DNA of 64,000 nt from Candidatus Micrarchaeota archaeon (GCA_021802765.1 JAJZRI010000002.1:91348-155347), one strand, 5' to 3'; counted from the stretch's first letter, positions 1 to 8,572 are shown. Translations and numbers: made by a program. The notes: generated by a model not told the origin, from the letters alone.

Positions 1-264
1 TCTCTGAACAGACAGACGAAGAAAGAGTCAAGGTGCTCGAGACGAAACTGGACAGCAGATCCTCACGCAAACGGCGATAAAGCAGCATTCACTACAAACG
101 AATAAATGAAAGTCGCATTTGTGGCATAGGACTGCATGCTAAAGTGGGAATTGGAGTTTGTATATCAAAGTATATACAAAATCAATCGACTACTCCTTCT
201 GGTTTTTCTCCTTTTGGAATATTTTTGTCATTATCTGTATTTGGGGTTTTTGTTGCTGCTACCT

Positions 265-693
265 TCAAATTTTTCCAGCATTTTTATCTACAATTGCAGC
301 TATCTCTTTATTTTTAGGTGTGTATATTACTGCAGTAGTATCTATAAAACCAATATACTTATAGTGAAGTTTTATACACCCGTCTGCAACTTCATATTTT
401 GTTATTAGCCAATTGTTACCAAATTTTTTATGATCGTTAAAATATCCATCATTATAATAGAAGTTGAATGCATTTGTAAAACTCTGCTTGACGAGCCAAG
501 TATACGAAATCAATATCCTTCTATTTGTGACAATTAGCTCTTTGTCCAATGTACTAAACTCAATTGAGCCAACATTAGATTGAGAATATCCAACTTTCGG
601 AAGGTAAAATTCTATTTTCTCATCAGGAAATAGTTCAATCTCTGGGATTTTTTGCTTTTCCTGTTGGTTGTCATCTAAAGTTTTATCTTGCAT
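265..693 (-). CDS. hypothetical protein (possibly a PH-like fold)
   Basis: 142-aa ORF in an AT-rich stretch. 'ELIVTNRRILIS' resembles the strand motif of bacterial PH-like domains. No catalytic motif recognised. Confidence 0.35.
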   Translation of the reverse strand: MQDKTLDDNQQEKQKIPEIELFPDEKIEFYLPKVGYSQSNVGSIEFSTLDKELIVTNRRILISYTWLVKQSFTNAFNFYYNDGYFNDHKKFGNNWLITKYEVADGCIKLHYKYIGFIDTTAVIYTPKNKEIAAIVDKNAGKI

Positions 694-724
694 AAATATT
701 ACTCATGTAATTAAGTTAATAGTC

Positions 725-943
725 TTATGGCTTTATCATTTTTGTACTGGCCGAATACCACTTGACCGGATTTCTTCCCTTCAGCATTGCACCTGCAACA
801 CTAAAAACTGCAAGTAGAATAAAAGCAATTATGGTTAGTGTTGTATTATGAAGGAAAAATAAGCTCGCTATAAATGCAATTGCCGCCAAAACAGATAATA
901 CTTGAAATAGTAAAAGCAACTGTTCCTTTCCCATGTTAAGCAT
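725..943 (-). CDS. small membrane protein, 2 predicted TM helices
   Basis: 72-aa ORF with two hydrophobic stretches (LLLLFQVLSVLAAIAFIASLFF and LTIIAFILLAVFSVAGAML). Confidence 0.35.
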   Translation of the reverse strand: MLNMGKEQLLLLFQVLSVLAAIAFIASLFFLHNTTLTIIAFILLAVFSVAGAMLKGRNPVKWYSASTKMIKP

Positions 944-1022
944 TTTTATATTGGTTAGTTAACCATATATTCCTTCCCAACAATATGTAAAATGCTTCAA
1001 TTCCATATTTCTGAAAAGTATA

Positions 1023-1034
1023 GGAATTGAACCC
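1023..1034. repeat. 12-nt direct copy (ggaattgaaccc) of the tRNA-Val T-arm segment at 1109-1120
   Basis: The exact 12-mer occurs at 1023-1034 and 1109-1120. An inverted partial copy (cttcaattcc, 1004-1013) forms a hairpin with it. Confidence 0.6.
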
Positions 1035-1097
1035 CAACTTTTTGTCTATGATATTGATACTTATGCAAAAACACACTTCGACTACAAATTCTGGTAA

Positions 1098-1168
1098 TGG
1101 AGGCACAGGGAATTGAACCCAGGCCCGCGCCGTGTAAAGGCGCTATCCTACCACTAGACGATGCCTCC
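1098..1168 (-). tRNA. tRNA-Val (anticodon UAC)
   Basis: The reverse complement reads GGAGGCA-TC-GTCT-AGTGGTA-GGAT-A-GCGCC-TTTACAC-GGCGC-GGGC-CTGGG-TTCAATT-CCCTG-TGCCTCC-A. This folds as a cloverleaf with a 7-bp acceptor stem, anticodon loop TT-TAC-AC and a TTCAATT T-loop. There is one U-U mismatch in the T stem. No CCA is encoded. The 5' end abuts the stop codon of the aminotransferase gene. Confidence 0.8.
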
Positions 1169-2380
1169 TTACTTAGAATGCTTCACAAAGAATTTATCTA
1201 TCTTTCTGATTGCTAGTTCTAATATGTCTTCTGGTGCAAGGGCAACTATCCTTATGTGATCAGGAGCGCCGAATCCCGATCCCCTGCTGACCTGTACACC
1301 TTCCTCAAGAAGAAGTTTTTGGACCACATCAAAATCGTTCTTCAGCCTCAGGTTTTTCATGTCAATCTTTGGGAGCAGATAGAATGCCCCGTTTGGCTGC
1401 ACTACCTGCATATGCTTTCCTTCATTTATTACCTCGCAAGATCTATTGACTCTGTCCTTTATCTTATCCACCATTCCACGTATTGCTTTTTCATGCTCCT
1501 TTCTATTCTCGAGGGCGCTTGCGAATGCATATTGCGCAGTAGTATTTGACGACAACCTCATCTTTGCATAATCACGTATCTTCCTGTTCACGTCTATCGA
1601 AGTCTTGTCTTTTTCAGGCACAATCATGTAGCCGATCCTAAATCCAGTGGCATCAAAGTTCTTTGAAGCACCACCAATTATTGCATATTTGGTTCCTTTT
1701 GCAACCTCCGATATGCTGGTGAATTTGGCCCCATTGAAGACTATCTCATCGTATATCTCATCGCTTATAAGGAATATTCCATGGTCATTCATTATGTCGA
1801 CTACTTCCTTGAGCTCGTCTCTGCGCATGACTGTGCCGGTCGGATTGCATGGATTTGAGAATATCATGAACTTGGGCATCTTCCTCTCCTTTTTGAGAGC
1901 TTTTTCGAGGCTATCCGGATTGAACTTGAAGCCTTCCTTCTCGGAATAATCGGCAAAGAGCGGCACTCCGCCAACTGTCTTAAGGAAGGTGAGATAGGTG
2001 GGATAGTAGGGCCTAAGAAGCACTGCCCTGCTCCCAGGATCCACGAACGTCGAGTTTATGAAGGATATCGACTCGCTAACTCCCTGGGTTATTATCACGT
2101 CTTCAAGGCCGAAATCTGCATCGTAAAGTCGATTCTGTCTATCGGCAACTGCCTGGCGCAATTCGGGTATGCCTGCATGAAATGAATATCCTGTTTTGCC
2201 CTCCTTGAGGGCGCTTACGTAGGCATCTATGATGTACTTCGGGGTTGGAAATATCGCCGTTGGATTGCCCTGGTTTAGCTTTATTATCTTCCTGCCTTCC
2301 TTCTTGAGTTTTGCCGCAAGCTCGTCGGTATCCTCTATCGGGTTACCTGCATAAGCGCTTAATCTCGAAAGAACTGGCAT
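1169..2380 (-). CDS. class I/II pyridoxal-phosphate aminotransferase (aspartate/alanine aminotransferase-like)
   Basis: 403 aa. Contains 'FSNPCNPTG' and 'GGASKNFDATGFRIGY' (PLP-lysine SxxK region), typical of fold-type I aminotransferases. Confidence 0.85.
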   Translation of the reverse strand: MPVLSRLSAYAGNPIEDTDELAAKLKKEGRKIIKLNQGNPTAIFPTPKYIIDAYVSALKEGKTGYSFHAGIPELRQAVADRQNRLYDADFGLEDVIITQGVSESISFINSTFVDPGSRAVLLRPYYPTYLTFLKTVGGVPLFADYSEKEGFKFNPDSLEKALKKERKMPKFMIFSNPCNPTGTVMRRDELKEVVDIMNDHGIFLISDEIYDEIVFNGAKFTSISEVAKGTKYAIIGGASKNFDATGFRIGYMIVPEKDKTSIDVNRKIRDYAKMRLSSNTTAQYAFASALENRKEHEKAIRGMVDKIKDRVNRSCEVINEGKHMQVVQPNGAFYLLPKIDMKNLRLKNDFDVVQKLLLEEGVQVSRGSGFGAPDHIRIVALAPEDILELAIRKIDKFFVKHSK

Positions 2381-2501
2381 CTAAACAAGAATATCATGCC
2401 CATAAAAGCTTTTATTCCTGTTTGGATCCAGCATTAACTTTGAAGTAAAGTTGGAAAAATAAAAAGAAGAAAAGGAAAAGAAAAAAGCAAGATATTAGAT
2501 C

Positions 2502-2924
2502 TTACTTTGCGCAGTTGCACTCCATGCACTGGCATCCTGCCATGTTGCCCATCATAGGTCCGTGCTTTGAGCCGAAAAATACAGCTAGGAATCCTATCAA
2601 TGTTGCAAGGAATAATGTTCCATTTGATGCCGTGAGTAATGCCAGTGTGAATCCGGCCATCATTGCCCTCTTCTTCACCATCCATCCGCCCATCCCCTTC
2701 AGGCTTCCGAAGAACACCGCAAGGCTGCTCAATACCGCTACTGCATAGAAGACGGTTGCGAACAGAGCGCTTCCGATCAATCCTCCAGTCCAGTTTATAG
2801 GAGACGAAGCAACGCCCCAAAGCTCCCATGCGACCGCGAGGAACAGAAGTCCTCCGAGTAGCTGCAGTACAGAAACGTTTGTGACATCCATCACATTTCC
2901 TTTTGTTGTAGTTGTCTTTGGCAT
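2502..2924 (-). CDS. membrane protein (about 4 TM) with Met/Cys-rich C-terminal tail
   Basis: 140 aa with four hydrophobic segments. The C-terminus is 'HGPMMGNMAGCQCMECNCAK'. The overlapping ORFs 2434..2829(-) and 2515..2748(+) look like frame shadows. Confidence 0.5.
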   Translation of the reverse strand: MPKTTTTKGNVMDVTNVSVLQLLGGLLFLAVAWELWGVASSPINWTGGLIGSALFATVFYAVAVLSSLAVFFGSLKGMGGWMVKKRAMMAGFTLALLTASNGTLFLATLIGFLAVFFGSKHGPMMGNMAGCQCMECNCAK

Positions 2925-3111
2925 ATATTCTACCTACATAATATTGGCTCCTTTCTCTTAATAAAGTTGACTGTCATGCATATTTTGATGTAGTTTTGCA
3001 TGAAAAATGCCTGTAAATAATTAATTCTAATATTATTTTAGTTATTCCAATATAGTTCTTACATATGGCAAAATTTGACAGTATGCTGGTGAAAATTGCA
3101 AAAAGACCCAC

Positions 3112-3119
3112 TTTATATA
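3112..3119 (+). promoter_or_regulatory. candidate archaeal TATA box (tttatata) for the GGDEF gene
   Basis: The TATA-like octamer ends 31 nt upstream of the ATG at 3151. That spacing fits a leaderless or short-leader archaeal transcript. Confidence 0.4.
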
Positions 3120-3150
3120 CCAGAAAATACACTATTATTGCAGATACTAT

Positions 3151-3801
3151 ATGGCACTATTCGGACCGTCAAAGAGAATACTCAAGAATGAATTGGCAGA
3201 GATGAGGATGCAAAGAGATGCCGCGTTGTCGCTTGCGCATGAGGATCCACTTACTGGATTGAATAACAGGAGGGCCCTTGATTTAGAGATCCATAAGCAT
3301 GAGAGCAGGCTAAAAAGAGAGGCCACAGAGAAAGTATATCGGGACGTCGCATTCATAGTAATCGATGTCAACAATCTAAAGCTGATAAACGACAATTACG
3401 GCCATGAAGCTGGAGACAGCATGATAATGGCAGTCGCCGGAGTGCTTAACGATCTTACAAGGCACGGAACAGATACCGTGGCAAGAACTGGAGGAGACGA
3501 ATTTGTAGTCGTGCTTCCTGTGGATGTTTCCCATTCAAATCCAATAATGGCATCACATTTCGCAACAAGAGTGGCTAATGTATTCGCAAACAGGGTAATT
3601 AACAACCTTGAGAAGATAACGGTAAGCGGAACCAACGAGCCCATTACAGTCTCACTTGGGGTCGCAACATACCATTCATCTGAGGATTCGATGCAGAAGG
3701 CACTTGCAATGGCGGATGCAAGGATGTACAACATGAAGAACTCGATGAAGGTTGATGGCAACAAGCCACACGATGCATTCTTCGAAGCGCACAGGAATTA
3801 A
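3151..3801 (+). CDS. GGDEF-domain diguanylate cyclase, stand-alone (short coiled N-terminus, no sensor domain)
   Basis: 216 aa carrying the full set of GGDEF hallmarks: 'DPLTGLNNRRAL', 'DVNNLKLINDNYGHEAGD', 'ARTGGDEFVVVLP', 'SLGVA' and 'ADARMYNMKN'. There is no RxxD I-site five residues upstream of GGDEF (sequence there is HGTDTVAR). Confidence 0.85.
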   Translation: MALFGPSKRILKNELAEMRMQRDAALSLAHEDPLTGLNNRRALDLEIHKHESRLKREATEKVYRDVAFIVIDVNNLKLINDNYGHEAGDSMIMAVAGVLNDLTRHGTDTVARTGGDEFVVVLPVDVSHSNPIMASHFATRVANVFANRVINNLEKITVSGTNEPITVSLGVATYHSSEDSMQKALAMADARMYNMKNSMKVDGNKPHDAFFEAHRN

Positions 3802-4280
3802 CCAATAATCTCTTAGTTTTTCCCAAATAATCTTCACATTCGTTTGCTGCTTCACATTTGCATTTGCAGGGCAGATTTTGGCTGGCTTATAATTACACTA
3901 AAAGAAAACGATGTGTTGTTTAAGGCTGGTTTCTGTGAGCGGTTTTTCCGAGGTAAAGCCTTGTTTTTCGCTCTTCCACTATTTTTCATGGACTGGAAAT
4001 ATGCGCCAAAGTGCGTTCCATATTTTTAATTTATTTTTCAGCACTTCCATAATACTGGCTCAAAAATTGCCCGCACGAATAAAACAATCTTTTCAGGCCT
4101 CTTTTGGCGCTCAATAGGGGTGGCATCACCAAAGACTGCCATCTTCCAAAAATCAGAAACAGGCAGCTTTAAGGAAATGCTTTTTCATTCTAAAAAAATG
4201 AAAGACAGCGATCTCATCAAATAAAAAGTATTTGTTTGAGTTTTATGGAATTATGTCGTATATGTCTTAGATCTCTTAGT

Positions 4281-4889
4281 TCAGATCAGATGATCTAGGT
4301 GATCTGCACTCCTGCGCAGTTCCTTGAGCGCTTCCTGGTCAAACTTCCGACTTATCTCCATGCTCTTGAGACGTAGAGGATCTATAATCTTGAATGTCCC
4401 ATCCGCATCGACCATTATGTTGGTATCGCTTATGTCCCCATGAGCTATTCCTTTTTCATGCAGAGTGTTAACCGCAGCTTCAACACCACGAACAATCATC
4501 ACATAATCAACGGCAAGCTGTTGATCCATAGCAGCCAAAGCCCCAGTATATACCTCCTTGAGAGTCTTGCCTTCTATGAACTCTGTCAGATAGCCAGCAA
4601 CATAGCCATAATCATTTGAAACCACCATTGCAACTGGAACTACTGTGTTTTGTGGAAGTGCGGCATATATTTCGCGCAGATTATTGAAGTCCCATTCCAC
4701 ATATTTTCCTGGATCGTCAGAAAGTTTGCCTATGAATGGCGCGTATATATCATAGAAATTCTTATTGCATTTAAAGAACAGGTTATTAAGTTCGTATCCG
4801 CGGCGTTTAAGACCTAAGAGGAGATCTGATCTATCCTTGGCCTTTATCCTAATCGGATCATCATTTAATGCGACTATCATAATCATCAT
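4281..4889 (-). CDS. minimal protein-kinase-like (Bud32/RIO/Kdo-kinase-like) protein, paralog 1
   Basis: 202 aa. Motifs: 'LKRRGYELNNLFFK' (shared N-terminal motif with candidate beta3 Lys), 'GYLTEFIEG' hinge, 'GIAHGDISDTNIMV' catalytic loop (HGDxxxxN) and 'KIIDP' metal-binding Asp. Confidence 0.6.
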   Translation of the reverse strand: MMIMIVALNDDPIRIKAKDRSDLLLGLKRRGYELNNLFFKCNKNFYDIYAPFIGKLSDDPGKYVEWDFNNLREIYAALPQNTVVPVAMVVSNDYGYVAGYLTEFIEGKTLKEVYTGALAAMDQQLAVDYVMIVRGVEAAVNTLHEKGIAHGDISDTNIMVDADGTFKIIDPLRLKSMEISRKFDQEALKELRRSADHLDHLI

Positions 4890-4953
4890 TGATTTTATAA
4901 TATCTAGATATTATAGCCAAACAAATTGAGAATTTCCAACAACATTTTGGTAT

Positions 4954-5688
4954 TCACTTCCTTTTGAGCGACCTTAATTCACTTTTAAGTATTCTATTTA
5001 TCTCTGTCTCAATATCTGCGGATCCAAAAATCTTTACAAGATCCTTTATGACATCGATTGTATCCGAGCGCATAATAATACCCAGTTCGCGCTCCGGATC
5101 AAAATCCTTGGATAGGCATTTTGCAATTGATATATTGTAGGAAACTGAATATACTGTATTTCTTACACTTGGCGCTTCTATTCTTCTAAATTCGCGCGCG
5201 ATATCCTTGACCTCATTCAAATAGCTGCCATATCCGTATATATAAATATATGAAAGAGAGCCAAGAACTGCCAAATATTCCTCTGCCTGCAAATATAGAT
5301 ACTCGCCCTGAAGGCTTGACATTTTATGCTGCAGGCCATTTAGCCACCTGAACCTGTGCATATTCTCATGTGCTATAACCTCACTTACCTTTAATCCGAA
5401 TCCGCCCTCCTTGGGACCAAATACGCCCTCGCTTACAAGATAGTCGAGCAGGTGACTTGATAGCCTGATTGTGTCTGGCGGGTTGTACACGCCAATCGTG
5501 CTTTGGCGGCCAAGGTCCGTTGCTATCATTATTTTTGGAAGATTGAGCTTTGTAGCCGAGAATCTGTTAAAGCAGGACGTAGACTCTATTATCTCTCCGC
5601 GTATTGCATCCCTAGCCCATTCGCTGTAGCCTGGATCAAACGAGCGCTGAATCCCTTTTACTGCCCTGTAGCTCATTTGCTGCTGCAT
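4954..5688 (-). CDS. HExxH-motif protein, putative zinc metallopeptidase
   Basis: 244 aa. A single 'VIAHENMHRF' HExxH motif is followed by acidic residues ('GEY', 'AEEY') 19-27 aa downstream. The gene sits inside the kinase-like array. Confidence 0.4.
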   Translation of the reverse strand: MQQQMSYRAVKGIQRSFDPGYSEWARDAIRGEIIESTSCFNRFSATKLNLPKIMIATDLGRQSTIGVYNPPDTIRLSSHLLDYLVSEGVFGPKEGGFGLKVSEVIAHENMHRFRWLNGLQHKMSSLQGEYLYLQAEEYLAVLGSLSYIYIYGYGSYLNEVKDIAREFRRIEAPSVRNTVYSVSYNISIAKCLSKDFDPERELGIIMRSDTIDVIKDLVKIFGSADIETEINRILKSELRSLKRK

Positions 5689-5765
5689 GAAAAAAACTTG
5701 CGATTTAGTGATATAATAACCTTTCTAGAATTTTCTGCTAAAAATTATTTAGACATTCTAAGAAT

Positions 5766-6560
5766 CTATTCTCCACGCTTTAGCTGCATTATCTCAGCCT
5801 TCATGCCTTTTATGGCTCCCTTGTCGTTTCTAATGTTTAGCTCCATGTTCTTTCCAAATCCGCGCCATCTTCTTATGGCCGGATTGAATAACACAAATCT
5901 TCCGTCGACTACCCTGACATTAACATAAAATGGGGCATACATGTAAAGGTCGAAATATTGGTGACCAAAGTTTCCGTGTCCAAGTCCAACGCTATTGAGC
6001 TTCTCTATGGCGCCTATGAATTCCTCCACTGCATTTATGTATGTCTTTGGAGTTACCCTGGATTGCCATTCCTCTGGAAACATCCTGCCCAGGTATTCCA
6101 TCAGGTAACCGCTACTTACTTCCCTAGTCTTCATGCTGAAATTACCGTTACGCGGGATTTTTTTGAGATTGGCTAGCTCAACTCTGGATACTGCAGCTAT
6201 GGGTGTTACAGAATGCTCCGGTATTACGGAATGAATCATATTGAGAAGTGAGAATTGCGAGCGCAGATCGACCAAGTTGACATTTGAGCAAGTATAATTA
6301 GCAGATATCCCTATTGAGGTGTTTAACTCTCCTGTCTCATATATGAAACGCATCTTTCCAAAATTATCCTCGAAAACGGGGTCTGGAATCTTGTATGTTT
6401 TAAGGAATACCTGATCTGGTTCAAATCCCCTCTGCTTTAACTTCCTAGGAAGATCATCTGCCCTTACCACAACAATCCTGTCTCTTTGAGTATCACACAG
6501 GTTCTCCCTGAACATTTCGGAAACCTGTTTTTTTATCAGTTTTTGCATATAAATAATCAC
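5766..6560 (-). CDS. kinase-like paralog 2, predicted catalytically dead (pseudokinase)
   Basis: 264 aa. It shares 'LKQRGFEPDQVFLK' and 'GYLMEYLG' with its neighbours. The catalytic loop is 'GLGHGNFGHQYF' (D->N, Asn lost) and the metal site is 'LFNP' (D->N). Confidence 0.5.
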   Translation of the reverse strand: MIIYMQKLIKKQVSEMFRENLCDTQRDRIVVVRADDLPRKLKQRGFEPDQVFLKTYKIPDPVFEDNFGKMRFIYETGELNTSIGISANYTCSNVNLVDLRSQFSLLNMIHSVIPEHSVTPIAAVSRVELANLKKIPRNGNFSMKTREVSSGYLMEYLGRMFPEEWQSRVTPKTYINAVEEFIGAIEKLNSVGLGHGNFGHQYFDLYMYAPFYVNVRVVDGRFVLFNPAIRRWRGFGKNMELNIRNDKGAIKGMKAEIMQLKRGE

Positions 6561-6584
6561 TTTTGCGACGACATAACTTCATTT

Positions 6585-7244
6585 TCAAGTGAATCCGCCA
6601 GATAGCGGTTCGAGGCATGCTCTGTCCGCTTCATAGCTCACGCTGCCTTTTAGCGTATCGTAAAATTTACGGTATTCTTCAATTGACATCCTGTCCATCT
6701 TGATTGCATCTTCGACGTCATACGCAGGATCAATCAACTGCACTGCTGCAGCTGCGCCTATGAATATGTTGTTGTACACCAAGAGATCGCCATGGCCGAC
6801 GCCTTTGGCGTTAAGTCTTGTGACGACGACATCAAGACTTTCTATGCCAAGCAGTATCATCTCCTTTGACTCGGTTTTTTCGACTTCGGTGCGTGCGGAA
6901 TGCGCATAATATTGCAGGAGGATTCCAAGGCTCTGCCCTCTGGCCCGCTCCATTACGTATCCCAGCACCTTTGCATTGGGTTCTTCACTCATTACCAGAG
7001 CAATTGGCCTGACAACGTGCCGGGGATCTGCGTCGTACATCCTGTATAAGTGTTTGTACTCTTCGACTATGCTGCCTTCAGTTCCAGGATGACACTTGGT
7101 AATGACTTCGTGGGTCTCGCCGCAATTATTGAATGTAATTTTTGAGTCTCTCTTGAAGAAGACAGTTTTAGGATCATGGCCCATGCTCTTCAGGGCAGAG
7201 TCTAGCCTTTCGCCGCTGTTAGCAGTTATTATTTTTCCCTTCAT
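6585..7244 (-). CDS. minimal protein-kinase-like protein, paralog 3
   Basis: 219 aa. Motifs: 'LKSMGHDPKTVFFKRD', 'VVRPIA', 'GYVMERARG', 'GVGHGDLLVYNNIFI' and 'QLIDP'. Confidence 0.6.
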   Translation of the reverse strand: MKGKIITANSGERLDSALKSMGHDPKTVFFKRDSKITFNNCGETHEVITKCHPGTEGSIVEEYKHLYRMYDADPRHVVRPIALVMSEEPNAKVLGYVMERARGQSLGILLQYYAHSARTEVEKTESKEMILLGIESLDVVVTRLNAKGVGHGDLLVYNNIFIGAAAAVQLIDPAYDVEDAIKMDRMSIEEYRKFYDTLKGSVSYEADRACLEPLSGGFT

Positions 7245-7271
7245 TTGGATCCCAATATTTCTTTATACTAA

Positions 7272-7880
7272 TCATTCCCTAAGTAACGACTTTACATGCT
7301 CTAGTTTCTTTTCGTAGGATGCAATCCTGATTACGTCATCCAATCTTGCGTCGTCAGAATCCATCACGTAAGGATCTATCAATTTTATCCTTCCACGTCT
7401 GTTTACTATTATATTGAAGTAATTCAAATCACCATGATACAGTCCCTTGTTATGCAGTCCGTTGACTGCTGAGATAAGGTCTTCGAGGGCAGATACGAAT
7501 TTGATCCTATTTCTCCTTATTTCCGCATTTGATTTTTCAGAGTAATATGAATCGTAATCAAGATAACCCAGTCCGTCACCATTCGCCGCTTCCATCACAA
7601 AACCGACGAAAAGAGCATTTTTGTGAGCACTGTTTTTAACCTCCGCAATTGGTCTTACCACGTGCACCGGATCCGCAGCATAAAGTGCAGATAGCTTAGT
7701 GTATTCCGAACGAGGCGTAGCGCTCTCGAAAAGGCCCCTGGTCTCACCCTCATATTCGAAGAATAGTCGCGGATCTCTCTTGAAGTATATTGTCTTTGGA
7801 TCGTAACCCATCTTTCTGAGCGCTTCGTCTACCTCTGCACCGTTCTTTGCGATTATGGGTTCTTTTTCAACGTATCGCAC
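7272..7880 (-). CDS. minimal protein-kinase-like protein, paralog 4
   Basis: 202 aa. Motifs: 'LRKMGYDPKTIYFKRD', 'VVRPIA', 'GFVMEAANG', 'GLYHGDLNYFNIIV' and 'KLIDP'. The GTG start overlaps the TAG stop of the upstream paralog by 1 nt (TAGTG). Confidence 0.6.
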   Translation of the reverse strand: MRYVEKEPIIAKNGAEVDEALRKMGYDPKTIYFKRDPRLFFEYEGETRGLFESATPRSEYTKLSALYAADPVHVVRPIAEVKNSAHKNALFVGFVMEAANGDGLGYLDYDSYYSEKSNAEIRRNRIKFVSALEDLISAVNGLHNKGLYHGDLNYFNIIVNRRGRIKLIDPYVMDSDDARLDDVIRIASYEKKLEHVKSLLRE

Positions 7881-8572
7881 TATGCACCACGCATTAATTT
7901 TTTAATTTCAATTTCCAGCTGAAGTTTCCTCATGTTGTCAATTTGGATGGCAAATTCCATATCTGTTTTTGGATCTTTGTGGAAAGCTGCAACCGCCGGA
8001 TCTATGAGCACGGCCCTTCCATCTGAAACCATCACATTGCATGGAAAGAAATCGCCGTGTGCGACGCTGTTTTCGTTGAGCGCATTTACCAGATCTATCG
8101 CTTGTTTTGCCATTGACACGAAAGTATCTAAGTAGTACTCCCAGCTGGGGCTATTGCGGTTTATTTTGAGTCTTTCTTGATAATAGGACAGCATGGTTCC
8201 TTCCACATATTCCATTAGATAACCGAAGTTACCATTTGCGCTTCTGTCTCCCTGAAAGAGTGGACGGGTGCCTTCGGGCAGCTTTAGTATTGCAATTGGC
8301 TTTACCGAATTGCTTGGAAGAATACTATGTATTACTTCGAGGTGCTCCATCTGACCATCTTCAAGTTCACCGAAGGACATAACTCCGCGTATTCCACGTG
8401 AAATAAACATGGCTCCTGATCCGCCCTGCTCGACTGATGTCGATCTACCTATGAACTTGGCGCTTCTGGCGCCTCGGGCAAGCTTGAGGAAGACCTCGTC
8501 GGCATTGTAGCCTAACTCATTAAGCTGACCTGAAAGTTCCCTGATGTTTTTTGATTCTATTGTCAATACCAT
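7880..8572 (-). CDS. minimal protein-kinase-like protein, paralog 5
   Basis: 230 aa. Motifs: 'LNELGYNADEVFLK', Gly-rich 'VEQGGSGAMF', 'VKPIA', 'GYLMEYVEG', 'SVAHGDFFPCNVMV' and 'VLIDP'. An SD-like GGGAGTGAT lies just upstream of the ATG. Confidence 0.6.
   Translation of the reverse strand: MVLTIESKNIRELSGQLNELGYNADEVFLKLARGARSAKFIGRSTSVEQGGSGAMFISRGIRGVMSFGELEDGQMEHLEVIHSILPSNSVKPIAILKLPEGTRPLFQGDRSANGNFGYLMEYVEGTMLSYYQERLKINRNSPSWEYYLDTFVSMAKQAIDLVNALNENSVAHGDFFPCNVMVSDGRAVLIDPAVAAFHKDPKTDMEFAIQIDNMRKLQLEIEIKKLMRGA

Noticed and set aside
1-105. An open frame running in from the left edge ('...SRCSRRNWTADPHANGDKAAFTTNE*').
   Set aside because: It is too short and compositionally uninformative to call as the 3' end of a gene.
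1000-1090. A possible second tRNA downstream of tRNA-Val, suggested by the ggaattgaaccc T-arm-like sequence.
   Set aside because: No acceptor stem, D arm or anticodon arm can be drawn around it. Only the 12-nt T-arm segment is present.
3802-4280. The 480-bp spacer between the GGDEF gene and the kinase-like cluster, considered as a possible ncRNA or small-gene locus (ORFs 3844..4029 and 3911..4117).
   Set aside because: The ORFs are Phe/Cys/Leu-rich and overlap each other. I could find no convincing stem-loops, C/D boxes or repeats. It is most simply read as a convergent terminator region, but this remains unverified.
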